Part shown: positions 10,987 through 20,516 of the stretch, piece by piece | Layout of the letters: every line of letters starts with the position of its first letter | Numbering within the stretch: the first letter of the stretch is position 1 | From: Acidobacteriota bacterium | Lineage (GTDB): Bacteria; Acidobacteriota; Thermoanaerobaculia; Gp7-AA8 | DNA: 64,000 nt | Direction of reading: 5' to 3' | Assembly (NCBI GenBank): GCA_021781455.1 | Contig: JAJXWV010000041.1 | Span: 75,484 to 139,483, forward strand | Program-made: the position numbers and the translations under genes | Notes under the pieces: generated by a model | Database searches by the model: none | What the model was told of the DNA's origin: nothing | What the model saw: the letters and a program-made list of their open reading frames with translations, nothing else

Positions 10987-12660
10987 CTAACGCCGGAAAC
11001 GCGAAAGAGTCGCCCGCGCCTCAGGGACACCGAGGACGAGCGCGACCGCGAAGTAGAGGGCACCGAAAATTCCGCAAACGATCAGGCCGTCGCGGACGTG
11101 CGGGAAGATGCGCGGCAGGTGCGCGCCGATCCTTGCGAGGATGTAGTTGTTGAACACGGCCCCGCTGATCCCGGCGACGAGCGCCGCCGTCCAGAGCCGG
11201 GCGAGGTACGAGGATCTCATGTGTACCGATCCGATTCGCTTCGCCAGCGAGTGCCGCAGCAGCGCAAACTCGAGCCATCCCGCCACGCCGGCCGTCGCCG
11301 TGAGCGCGATGACGCCGAGCGCTTTCTGGCCTTCCTTGAGCATCGGCAGCGGAACATGCGCAAAGTTCAAGGCGTCGATCAGCAGCGGTCGGAGCGGGAG
11401 GGCGAAGAGGTATCCGAGGACTCCGGTGAGCGCGACGCGGATCATCGCGTACCGCAGAGGCGTCCGGGTGTCGCGCAGTGCGTAGAAAGCGGAGGAGTAG
11501 AGCCGTCCGAGCGTCACCGTCAGCAGGCCGACGGTCGATCCGATGAGGATGTACCAGACGTAGCGGGTATCGTTCTGGCTGAACCGGCCGCCCTGGTAGA
11601 GCGCGGCGACGATGACGTTGCCGATGCAGATGAAGGCCGCGACGGAAGGCACGACGAAGAAGGCGATCTGGCGCAGTCCGCGCTCCATCCGCCGCCGCAG
11701 GATTGCCTTGATCTCCTCTTCCGTTCCGAGAGCGCTCGACATCTGCGGCAGCTCCGCAGCCGCCACTGACATGCCGAAAAGGCTGATCGGCAGTAACGCG
11801 ATGATCTGCGCATAGGAGAGCGCCGCCACGGCGGCGGTCCCGAGGAGCGATGCCAGGAGGCTGTCGAGATAGGCGCTGAGCTGCACGACGCCGCGGCCGA
11901 CCAGCACCGGCGTGAAGTTCCGCAGTACTTCACGAACCGGCTCCAGGGTCGTGTCGATGACGAAGCGCAGGTGCTTCGCGTACTTGAAAACGAACGGCAC
12001 GAGAATGCCGAATTGCACCACCGCCCCGACGACATAGCCCCAGCAGACCGCGTTCACGAAGGAGAAGGAGCGGTCGCTCATCCGATGACCGAAGACGAAC
12101 ATCGTGGAGATGAGCGTGACGTTCATCAGCACCGGTGCCACGTAGGACAGGAAGAACTTGTGGTGGCTGTTCAGGATGCCCAGGCACCAGGCATAGAGGA
12201 CGAGCAGCCCGATGCCGGGGAAGAGCACGCGCACGGCGGAGATCGTCATGTCGCGAACTTCCCCTTTGAATCCGGGAGCGATGACGAACAACAGCACCGG
12301 CGCGAAGATCACGCCGAGCGCGACCAACGTCACGACTACGACTGCGAGCAGTGCCGCGATGACCCCGGCGACGCGTCCCGCAAGCTTCTCGTCCCCCTCC
12401 GCCAGCAACCGTGCATAGACGGGGATGAAGGACGCAGACAGGACGCCTTCCCCGAGGAGGTTCTGGAGAAAATTCGGAATGCGGACCGCCGCCTTGTAGA
12501 TCCCCGCCGCATCGGTGCTGCCGAAATAGTGCGCAAAAACCTTCTCGCGCACGAGACCGGTCAGGCGGCTCAGCAGAATGCCGGCAGCGACGAGGGCAGC
12601 AAAACCGCCCGCTCTGGCGCGCGGCCTGGCGCTTTCGGTCATCGGAACAGTCTCAGCCAT
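10987..12660 (-). CDS. murJ: Lipid II flippase MurJ
   Basis: LLSRLTGLVRE, RIPNFLQNLLGEGVLSASFIPVY, AFYALRDTRTP. Confidence 0.95.
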   Translation of the reverse strand: MAETVPMTESARPRARAGGFAALVAAGILLSRLTGLVREKVFAHYFGSTDAAGIYKAAVRIPNFLQNLLGEGVLSASFIPVYARLLAEGDEKLAGRVAGVIAALLAVVVVTLVALGVIFAPVLLFVIAPGFKGEVRDMTISAVRVLFPGIGLLVLYAWCLGILNSHHKFFLSYVAPVLMNVTLISTMFVFGHRMSDRSFSFVNAVCWGYVVGAVVQFGILVPFVFKYAKHLRFVIDTTLEPVREVLRNFTPVLVGRGVVQLSAYLDSLLASLLGTAAVAALSYAQIIALLPISLFGMSVAAAELPQMSSALGTEEEIKAILRRRMERGLRQIAFFVVPSVAAFICIGNVIVAALYQGGRFSQNDTRYVWYILIGSTVGLLTVTLGRLYSSAFYALRDTRTPLRYAMIRVALTGVLGYLFALPLRPLLIDALNFAHVPLPMLKEGQKALGVIALTATAGVAGWLEFALLRHSLAKRIGSVHMRSSYLARLWTAALVAGISGAVFNNYILARIGAHLPRIFPHVRDGLIVCGIFGALYFAVALVLGVPEARATLSRFRR

Positions 12661-12714
12661 TCGTGGTGAATTCGATCTGCGTGCAGAGGATATCGGAACG
12701 CGGCCGGCAATCGC

Positions 12715-12752
12715 CTGTCATTCCGAGGCGGCGAAGCGAGGCGAGGAATCCC
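12715..12752. repeat. REP-like unit TGTCATTCCGAG...CGAGGAATC
   Basis: Resembles a widespread extragenic repeat type (from memory); single copy here. Confidence 0.4.
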
Positions 12753-12963
12753 GCCTTCTTCACCTCCGCCCACTGCTCGACTGAAGTGGCGAGGAAAGAA
12801 ACGGTGACGCGCAATCAGCGGACTGCCTGTCGCCCTGCCGTTTTGTGCAAGGAAATCTTCGCGTGGCGCGCAGAAACTTCGAGCCAGCAGTACAGGGGGT
12901 TCGCAAACTCCGGTACCGTCGCTGTGCTACTAACCACCAAATTCTTCGCGCCGCCAAGAGATT

Positions 12964-13205
12964 CTGTCGGGCGCTACGTGCCCTCAACACTGATGAACCA
13001 ACGCGAGTTCGGCGGCCTGACGGCCGCCGCTAAATTGTGTCGGCGGCTACGCCGCCTGTTCTCGCCCTGACCGAAGAGTCGGCCACGGTCAAAGCCGGCG
13101 AAGCCGGCGACATCATTTAGCGGCGGCCGTCAGGCCGCCGGCGGCCGTCAGGCTGCCGAACCGGGAACACGCATTACATGATTGAGGGCGCGTAGCGTCC
13201 GACAG
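12964..13205. repeat. Composite REP/BIME-like palindrome
   Basis: Perfect 26-bp inverted pair 13010-13035/13115-13140 nested within an imperfect 24-bp pair 12964-12987/13182-13205. Confidence 0.85.
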
Positions 13206-13371
13206 CATTTCGGTTGCGGGCAAGCGCAGCGAGCGGTCTCTGTCTCTCCGTGTTCTCTGTGGTGAATTCTTGCCAGCCTCTCCGGACGACACGCACCTGC
13301 CCCCCGCGCTCTGCTCCGCGCTCTCATTGCGGAATTCGCTCCCGCACCGACGCGATACCATAGCTCTGCCC

Positions 13372-14520
13372 ATGATCGCGGATCGTCCAGTTCGCATTGC
13401 CGGTGCCGGTCCGTCGGGGCTCGCTGCGGCCATCTCGCTCGCCCGCGCAGGACGGGCGGTCGAGGTTCATGAGGCAAAAAGCGACGTCGGAATGCGTTTC
13501 ATCGGCGACCTTCAGATCATCGAAGGCGCCTCCGAGCGCGAGCCCGTCCCCGACTTTCTGGAGCGCATCGGCATCGCCCGCGATTTCTATTTCCGGCCTG
13601 CAGAGTGGGCCACCTTCTACGATCATCGCGGCGTGGCGCGCGTGATCCGCAGCTCCCAGCCGTTCGGCTGGTTCATCCGGCGCGGCGCCGAGGAAGGGAC
13701 GCTCGACCGCGGCCTGCTCGCCCAGGCGCGCAACGCCGGAGCGACGGTCCTCTTCAACAGTAGGCTGGCCGCGGAGAGCGCCGACATCGTCGCTACGGGC
13801 CCGGCCTCGCCCGACGGTCTCGCCCGCGAGATGACCTGGCGAACCGGCGAACCGGAACGGATCGACGTCTTCTTCAATCATCGACTGGCTCCGGGTGGGT
13901 ACTCGTACCTGTTCATCCTCGACGGCATTGCCACGTTCGGCTGTGCGATCGTGGCCGACTTCAAGAGAATCGACGACTACTTTCAGCACTCCGTCGCTGC
14001 CGCGCAGCGGATGCATCGATTCGAGATCCCGGCGGACGCGCGCGTCGGCTACTCGTACATGAACTTCCACCTGAAGCGACACGCCACCGCGAGCGGCGCG
14101 CGCTACGTGGGCGAGGCGGCCGGCTTTCAGGACTACCTCTTCGGCCTCGGCCTTCGCTATGCCCTGACCAGCGGTCATCTCGCGGCTCGGAGCATTCTCG
14201 AGAACCGCGACTTCGACGAGCTCTGGCAGCGCGAGCTCGCCGCCAAACAGGAGACCAGCCTCGTCAATCGCTTTCTGTACGAAGCGGGAGGCAACGCCGG
14301 GCTGTCGATGTTCGTCCGCCAGGCGGGACGCGCACGCGATTTCCATCGTTATCTCAGCGGCTGGCATCAGCGGCGCTGGTGGAAAGCGCTGCTCTCGCCC
14401 ATGATCCGGCGTTTCTGGCGCCACAAAGGCCGCTGCCAGCACAAACCCGCCGAACACTGGTGCCGCTCGCGCGATACCGAGATGAAAGTGCCGCCCCTCG
14501 GGCCGGTCCAGTCGCCATGA
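13372..14520 (+). CDS. FAD-dependent oxidoreductase, geranylgeranyl-reductase-like
   Basis: IAGAGPSGLAAA, APGGYSYLF, VGEAAGFQDYLFGLGLRYALTSG. Confidence 0.8.
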   Translation: MIADRPVRIAGAGPSGLAAAISLARAGRAVEVHEAKSDVGMRFIGDLQIIEGASEREPVPDFLERIGIARDFYFRPAEWATFYDHRGVARVIRSSQPFGWFIRRGAEEGTLDRGLLAQARNAGATVLFNSRLAAESADIVATGPASPDGLAREMTWRTGEPERIDVFFNHRLAPGGYSYLFILDGIATFGCAIVADFKRIDDYFQHSVAAAQRMHRFEIPADARVGYSYMNFHLKRHATASGARYVGEAAGFQDYLFGLGLRYALTSGHLAARSILENRDFDELWQRELAAKQETSLVNRFLYEAGGNAGLSMFVRQAGRARDFHRYLSGWHQRRWWKALLSPMIRRFWRHKGRCQHKPAEHWCRSRDTEMKVPPLGPVQSP

Positions 14521-15461
14521 TCACGGTCGACGACGCGTATGACCTTTGCCGGAAGACCGCGCACAAACACGGCGCGAACTTCTCGGTGGGCTTTCGGTTT
14601 CTGCCGCGCCTGAAGCGCCGCGCAGTCTATGCCGCGTATGCGTTCTGCCGATGGGCCGACGACATTGCCGACGAGGACGACGATCTCCGCCTCAGCGGAG
14701 CTCCCGGTGCCGAGAGCATCGGGATGCCGTTCAAGGACGGCCGAGTCGTACAGGCCGGGAGCCTCTGCTCCCGAGATCAGTCGCGCATGGAGAATCTCGA
14801 TGCCTGCCGGCGCGAGCTCGACGCCTGTTACGAAGGACGGCCGTCCCACCCGATCACCATTGCCCTCGCCGACGCGCTGCAGCACTTCGCGATTCCGAAG
14901 AGCGCGTTCCTCGCCCTCATCGACGGTTGCCGGCAGGACATGGTCAAGACGCGCTACGAGACCTTCGACGAGCTGCTGCACTACTGCGATCTCGTGGCCT
15001 CGTCGATCTCGGACATCTCGCTGGCCATTTTCGGCTATCGCACTCCCGCAGCCATTGATCACGGCCGCAGCCTCTCGACGGCGCTTCAGCTCACCAACGT
15101 CACACGCGACGTGGGCGACGACCTGGCCCGGAACCGCGTATACCTTCCACAGGAGGAGCTGCGGAGGTTTGGCGTGACCGAGCAGGAACTTTTCGAGCGC
15201 AGAGAGAACCATCGCCTCCGGTCGCTGATCGAGTTCCAGATCGCTCGTGCCGAGGAGTACTTCAGGGCAGCCGAGCCGCTGCTGAAGGAACTGGCCTTCG
15301 ACGCACGCTTTCCCACGTTGCTCATGGGCGGCGTGTATGCCACCGTGCTTGCCAACCTGCGCAAGGACCCGCTGATGGTCATCCGCAAACGATTTTCTCT
15401 GTCGCGCCTGCAGAAGGTGCTCGTGATCACCACTCGCCTGCTGCGGCCGCACTTCGTGTAA
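14517..15461 (+). CDS. Phytoene/squalene synthase family (HpnD/CrtB-like)
   Basis: YAFCRWADDIAD, ALQLTNVTRDVGDD, RVYLPQEEL; ATGA overlap with the upstream gene. Confidence 0.9.
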   Translation: MITVDDAYDLCRKTAHKHGANFSVGFRFLPRLKRRAVYAAYAFCRWADDIADEDDDLRLSGAPGAESIGMPFKDGRVVQAGSLCSRDQSRMENLDACRRELDACYEGRPSHPITIALADALQHFAIPKSAFLALIDGCRQDMVKTRYETFDELLHYCDLVASSISDISLAIFGYRTPAAIDHGRSLSTALQLTNVTRDVGDDLARNRVYLPQEELRRFGVTEQELFERRENHRLRSLIEFQIARAEEYFRAAEPLLKELAFDARFPTLLMGGVYATVLANLRKDPLMVIRKRFSLSRLQKVLVITTRLLRPHFV

Positions 15462-15470
15462 CGGCCTGCC

Positions 15471-16286
15471 GTGCGAGAACGTCTACAGAACGTGAACATC
15501 CGAAGCCACGGAAGCCGCCGGACCGCAGCCATTACGGCGCTGCTCCTGGGCGCCGCCTGCGGACTGTTCGCGCAGACGCCGGTCATGACGACCGTCGTGG
15601 TGCCGGTGGTCGGCACGGTCGACGGCATGAACGGTTACCGGTGGAAGACCGACATCGAGCTGAAGAACGACCTCCCGACCGAGGCCACGGTCTCTCTGAC
15701 GCTGCCGACCGTCGCCGATCAGCCGGTCATCATCACCACCGTTCCTCCGGGCGAATCGGTCAGCTTTCCAGACGTCATCAATCAGGCATTCGGAATCGAC
15801 ACCGCCCTCTCCCCCCTGGTCGTGCAGACACTGGGAAAACGCTCCATCGGAATCTCGGCGACGGTCTACGGCGTGCGAGGAACCGAGGTGTCGCCCCCGC
15901 AGCCGATCGCGATCGACTACGGCAATTCTTTCTTTCCGCAGCGCGTACTGGCAGGGCTCTCGTTCAGCGATTCCTACCGCACCAACGTCGGCGTCGTGAA
16001 CCTCGGCGATCGCGAGGCGACATTCACTGTCGCCCTGCAGCGAATCCCGGGACGCAATCTCGCCGTCGCGCATGTCACGCTTCCGCCCGACTCGATCTGG
16101 CATCACCCGATCCAGTCGATGTTTCCCCTCATCAGCAGCGGCAGCGATTTCCAGCTCGTCATCGAGACCGGTGACCCGGCGACGTACGTCTACGCGTCGG
16201 TGGTCGAGAACCAGACCAATGTGGCGCGGTTCATCCAGCCGTCGCTGGGCGTGACGTCGATCGAGGCCGCGAGCGTCGGCCACTAG
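15471..16286 (+). CDS. Secreted hypothetical protein
   Basis: Signal peptide; VVPVVG..G..G..WKTD, YRTNVGVVN, YASVVEN pattern; high-GC3 frame. Confidence 0.8.
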   Translation: MRERLQNVNIRSHGSRRTAAITALLLGAACGLFAQTPVMTTVVVPVVGTVDGMNGYRWKTDIELKNDLPTEATVSLTLPTVADQPVIITTVPPGESVSFPDVINQAFGIDTALSPLVVQTLGKRSIGISATVYGVRGTEVSPPQPIAIDYGNSFFPQRVLAGLSFSDSYRTNVGVVNLGDREATFTVALQRIPGRNLAVAHVTLPPDSIWHHPIQSMFPLISSGSDFQLVIETGDPATYVYASVVENQTNVARFIQPSLGVTSIEAASVGH

Positions 16287-16420
16287 GCTCCGCCTCGCGA
16301 GAGCAGGGACGCGCAGCAGCGCGTCCGCAGCTCTCGTCGTCCCCTCCCCACGGGAGTTGCGAACGCACCTGCTGCCCTCACGCTGGACAGCGCTCTCAGC
16401 CGGATCTATTCTCACCTCCG

Positions 16421-16579
16421 ATGGACGAGCCTGAATACCTGATCTGCCTTCAGTGTGAAACGCCCACGTATCAGTTCGAGTACTTGAACGGGCGCCTCGT
16501 CACGGTCGTCTGCAACACGTGCGGCAACGACGATCCGACGGATTTCATGACTGAAGCGGAGTTCGACCAGGAGGCGTGA
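16421..16579 (+). CDS. 52-aa zinc-ribbon protein (not in ORF track)
   Basis: MDEPEYLICLQCETPTYQFEYLNGRLVTVVCNTCGNDDPTDFMTEAEFDQEA; two CxxC motifs. Confidence 0.8.
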   Translation: MDEPEYLICLQCETPTYQFEYLNGRLVTVVCNTCGNDDPTDFMTEAEFDQEA

Positions 16580-16671
16580 CCTCTCGCTTCGCCAGGGTCG
16601 CGCGCCGCACCGGGTCACCGGTGGCGGCCGGCTTCCTGCGATCCCGGCGGCCGACCATCCCCGAACTTCAT

Positions 16672-17292
16672 ATGAAAACGACACCCGTCATCATCGGTAT
16701 CGCTGGCGGTACGGGATCCGGTAAGACCACGGTTGCTCGTGCGATCTATGACAAGGTCGGACGCGACCGCATCGAGTGGATCTCCCACGACTCCTACTAC
16801 CGCAACTTCGACGGACTCACACCGGACGAGCGCCACAAGATCAACTTCGACCATCCCGACTCGCTGGAGACGGAGCTGCTGGTGCGCCACCTCGACGTGC
16901 TCTCCAAAGGCTCCTCGGTGGAAGTGCCGGTCTACGACTTCACGACGCATTCTCGAAAAGCCGAGACGCAGAGAGTCGAGCCGCGCAAAGTGATCATCGT
17001 GGAAGGCATCCTCGTGCTCGCGGAAGCCGAATTGCGGAAGCGCATCGACATCAAGCTCTTCGTCGACACTCCGGCAGACATTCGCTTCGTGCGCCGCCTG
17101 ATGCGCGACATCCGCAGCCGCGGGAGAAGCCTCGAGTCGGTCGTCGAGCAATACGTGACCACCGTGCGGCCGATGCACGAGGAGTTCGTGGAGCCGTCGA
17201 AGCGCCACGCCGACCTGATCATTCCGGAAGGCGGTGAGAACCAGGTGGCGCTCGACGCGATCATTTCCAGGGTCGAGCACCTCCTGGTGTGA
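16672..17292 (+). CDS. udk: Uridine kinase
   Basis: IIGIAGGTGSGKTT, DSYY, NFDHP, EPSKRHADLIIP. Confidence 0.96.
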   Translation: MKTTPVIIGIAGGTGSGKTTVARAIYDKVGRDRIEWISHDSYYRNFDGLTPDERHKINFDHPDSLETELLVRHLDVLSKGSSVEVPVYDFTTHSRKAETQRVEPRKVIIVEGILVLAEAELRKRIDIKLFVDTPADIRFVRRLMRDIRSRGRSLESVVEQYVTTVRPMHEEFVEPSKRHADLIIPEGGENQVALDAIISRVEHLLV

Positions 17293-17514
17293 CGAGTGGC
17301 CCACTGCATGGACCCGTGTGGCGCCTCGATACCGGGCGTAGAGGCGTCGTCGGGTCGCAGCAAGCTCGACAATTCGTCGCACGAGAGTTATTGCGAGCTT
17401 AACGGCAGTCGAACTTACGTTAGGCCAACGACTTCCCGCCCGCTGACAAGATGCGGAATGGAGCCCACCGGGAGGCGGTTGAACACGCGTGCGACGCGAG
17501 TCGACACTGTTTCA

Positions 17515-17544
17515 TTGACCCTGCGCGCCCACGACACCTAGAAT
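17515..17544 (+). promoter_or_regulatory. sigma70-type promoter of rpsU
   Basis: TTGACC-N18-TAGAAT. Confidence 0.7.
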
Positions 17545-17606
17545 GGACGGGCCAGGTCAGCCACTCGCATCATTCCACGCAGGAGCAGAAGGGGGGGAAT
17601 TCGGGG

Positions 17607-17813
17607 ATGCCTCTCGTCCACGTCAAAGAAGACGAAAGCTTCGAGAATGCGCTCCGCCGATTCAAGCGGAAATGTGAGAAATCCGGGATCCTCTCGGAAC
17701 TCAAAAAGCGCCAGCATTACGAAAAGCCGAGCACGAAGCGCAAGAGAAAAGCCATCGCTGCCCGCAAGAAAGTGCTTCGCAAGCTTGCAGAAGAGCGTCG
17801 CACTGGCTACTAG
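17607..17813 (+). CDS. rpsU: 30S ribosomal protein S21
   Basis: [33 protein letters not shown]. Confidence 0.98.
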   Translation: MPLVHVKEDESFENALRRFKRKCEKSGILSELKKRQHYEKPSTKRKRKAIAARKKVLRKLAEERRTGY

Positions 17814-17833
17814 CCCCAACAGCACGCAGAACC

Positions 17834-17863
17834 AAAAAGGACTCGCCCCGCGAGTCCTTTTTT
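17834..17863 (+). terminator. Intrinsic terminator after rpsU
   Basis: AAAAAGGACTCG-cccc-GCGAGTCCTTTTTT. Confidence 0.85.
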
Positions 17864-17877
17864 GTTGGCTGAGACAA

Positions 17878-17964
17878 ATGGGACCGATGGGACCACTGGG
17901 ACCGATGGGACGCGTGGGACAGTCTCATAGGTCCCATTCGTCCCATCGGTCCCATTCGTCCCAT
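17878..17964. repeat. Inverted 9-mer array element (ATGGGACCG ... GTCCCATTC)
   Basis: Five left units and about five reverse-complement right units. Confidence 0.88.
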
Positions 17965-18029
17965 TTTGTCGACCGCGACACGTTCCTCTCTCGATCCCAA
18001 TTTCGGAATACACACCGCGTACCTCGACT

Positions 18030-20417
18030 TTGATCGGATTGCACGTGTCCACCCCCCGAACCAGCCTCACCACGCTCGAGCTCGATCGCGTGCTGACCCT
18101 CGTGGCTCTCGAGGCGAAGAGCGAGCCCGGCAAGCGGGCCGTCCTGCGGAAACAGCCCTTGCCCACGATCGAAGCATGCGAGCGCGCTCAGGTCGAGCTG
18201 GCCGAAATGGTGCGCTTCTACCTCACCGACGGTCTGCTGCCCCTCGCCGGCCTCACCGAGGTCGAACCGCTTTTTGTCCGGGACACGGTGCTCGAGCTCG
18301 AAGACTCGTGGCAGATCGTGCGCGCCATCCGCGCCACCCAGGCCATTCGCGAGACGTTTCTCCGCGTCGACACCTACCCCCGCCTCACTGCGATTGCGCG
18401 CACCCTCCCCGACCTCGGCGGACTGATCACGAAGACCAACAAGTACTTCACGCGCGACGGCAAGCTGCGCGAGGACGCATCGCCGGAGCTGCGCTCGATC
18501 CGCACTCGCGTCCACCAGAAGCGTTCTGCGATCCAGCGCGTCCTCAACGACGTCATGAACCGCAACGCCGACGCCGTTCAGGAGCCGCTCGTCGTCCAGC
18601 GCGGCGACCGCTACTGCATTCCGGTGCGGAGTGACCACCGGAACTCCGTGCCCGGCATCCTCCACGAGCGATCGGGCTCGGGCGCTTCGTTTTTCATCGA
18701 GCCGATGGCCAGCGTCGAGCTGAACAACGATCTCGCCGAGCTCCTCCTGCAGGAACGCGAGGAGATCGGGCGGATCACGCGGGTGATCGCGCAAATGCTG
18801 CTCGACGAGGCTCAGTCGATCAGCGCGGCCGTCGAATCTGCCGCCGATTTCGACTGCCTGCAGGCTTGCGCGATCTTCCACCGCACCGTCGAGGCCACGC
18901 GTCCCGCGTTCAGCGCCGACCGCCGGCTCCACGTCATCGATGGCCGGCACCCGCTCATCGACGAGCGGCTGATGGACGCGCGCGTCACCGCGTTGGGTGA
19001 AGAGGCGAGCGACCAGAAAGTCGTTCCCATCACGATCAGCCTCGACGCTGATGCGCCTGCCCTCGTCGTCAGCGGACCGAATGCCGGCGGCAAGACCGTG
19101 GCGTTGAAAACGGCCGGACTGCTCGTAGCCATGGCCATGAGCGGCCTTCCCGTCCCGGCATCGGACGGAACGGTCATTCCGATCGTCGACGCCCTGCACG
19201 TCCTGATCGGAGACGACCAGAGCGTGCTCGAGCACCTCTCCACGTTTTCGGCCTATCTGCTGCGCCTGAAACGCGTGCTCGATCGGGCCACGGACCGTTC
19301 GCTGGTCCTTCTCGACGAGCTGGGCTCGGGAACCGATCCCGAGGAAGGCGCGGCGCTCGCGGCCGCGGTCATCGAGCATCTCCTCGCTGCGGGAGCGCTG
19401 CTGATCGCCACGACGCATCTCTCGGCGCTGAAGACTTTCGCCGTCAACGACGGGCGCATCGTGAACGCCTCGATGGAATTCGACTCAGCAACCGGCCATC
19501 CGACTTATCACCTGATCTCCGGGATTCCCGGACGCAGCCGGGCCATCGACGTGGCCCAGATGATCGGCCTTCCCTCCTCGGTCATCGCCAGCGCGCGCGA
19601 GCGCCTCGGCGACCGGTATGGCGAGACCGATCAGCTCCTGGCACAGCTGCAGGCCCGAATGTCCGAGGTGTTGCGGCAGTCGGACGCGCTGGCCGATTCC
19701 AGGCGTGCCCTCGAATCCGAGCAGGTGCGTCTCGCCGCCGCCACCGAAAAACTCGAAAAGGAACGGATGCGCGCCGGCACGGCTTTTCGGGAAGAGCTGG
19801 AGAGATTGCGCGACGACGTCGGCAGGCAGGTCAGCAACGAGCTGCGGCAGCTTCGCGAGCTCGATCGCAATGCGCGCGCGGCCGTGAACACCGCGGAAGT
19901 GCTCAAGAACGTCACGCAGCCGGTCGACAAGGCCATGCAGTTTCTGCCTGCCGAGCAGCGCGAGGTCCGCGCCGGCGAGCGCGCGGAGCATCGCAGATTC
20001 AAGGTGACCGGCGAGATTGTGTCGATCGACGGCAGCAAGGCCGTGCTCAAGGTCAATGGCCGCAAGATGACGGTCGAGCTGCGCGACCTGGTGCCGCTGG
20101 CTTCCGCTCCGCAGCCGAAGAAGCAGTCGAAATACGCGGCCGCCCAGCCCTCTCACGGTGACGACGCCGTGGAGATCTCGGCGGAGCTCAACCTGATTGG
20201 TCAGCGCGTCGAGGAAGCGCTGGACGAGTCCGATCGGTTCCTCGACCGCTCCCTGCTGGAAGGGCGCCAGGCCGTGCGCATCATCCACGGCTTCGGCACC
20301 GGGAGGCTCCGCTCCGCGATTCGCGAGCACCTGCGCAAGCATCCAGCGGTGAAGTCGTGGAGACCTGGAGATGACAACGAAGGAGGAGACGGTGCGACGG
20401 TCGCCGTTCTCGGCTGA
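18030..20417 (+). CDS. mutS2: MutS2 endonuclease with C-terminal Smr domain
   Basis: SGPNAGGKT, IGDDQS..LSTFS, LLDELGSGTDPEEG, IIHGFGTGRL; start may be GTG 18045. Confidence 0.95.
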   Translation: MIGLHVSTPRTSLTTLELDRVLTLVALEAKSEPGKRAVLRKQPLPTIEACERAQVELAEMVRFYLTDGLLPLAGLTEVEPLFVRDTVLELEDSWQIVRAIRATQAIRETFLRVDTYPRLTAIARTLPDLGGLITKTNKYFTRDGKLREDASPELRSIRTRVHQKRSAIQRVLNDVMNRNADAVQEPLVVQRGDRYCIPVRSDHRNSVPGILHERSGSGASFFIEPMASVELNNDLAELLLQEREEIGRITRVIAQMLLDEAQSISAAVESAADFDCLQACAIFHRTVEATRPAFSADRRLHVIDGRHPLIDERLMDARVTALGEEASDQKVVPITISLDADAPALVVSGPNAGGKTVALKTAGLLVAMAMSGLPVPASDGTVIPIVDALHVLIGDDQSVLEHLSTFSAYLLRLKRVLDRATDRSLVLLDELGSGTDPEEGAALAAAVIEHLLAAGALLIATTHLSALKTFAVNDGRIVNASMEFDSATGHPTYHLISGIPGRSRAIDVAQMIGLPSSVIASARERLGDRYGETDQLLAQLQARMSEVLRQSDALADSRRALESEQVRLAAATEKLEKERMRAGTAFREELERLRDDVGRQVSNELRQLRELDRNARAAVNTAEVLKNVTQPVDKAMQFLPAEQREVRAGERAEHRRFKVTGEIVSIDGSKAVLKVNGRKMTVELRDLVPLASAPQPKKQSKYAAAQPSHGDDAVEISAELNLIGQRVEEALDESDRFLDRSLLEGRQAVRIIHGFGTGRLRSAIREHLRKHPAVKSWRPGDDNEGGDGATVAVLG

Positions 20418-20433
20418 GACCCGCTCAGGGCTT

Positions 20434-20510
20434 GGTTCCGCGGTTCCGCGGTTCCGCGGTTGCGCAGTGGACGTCGACCGCGGAACCGCGCAACCGCGCA
20501 ACCGCGCAAC
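20434..20510. repeat. Inverted 8-mer array element (GGTTCCGC ... GCAACCGC)
   Basis: (ggttccgc)n-spacer-(aaccgcgc)n between mutS2 and dnaG. Confidence 0.88.
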
Positions 20511-20516
20511 CATGCC

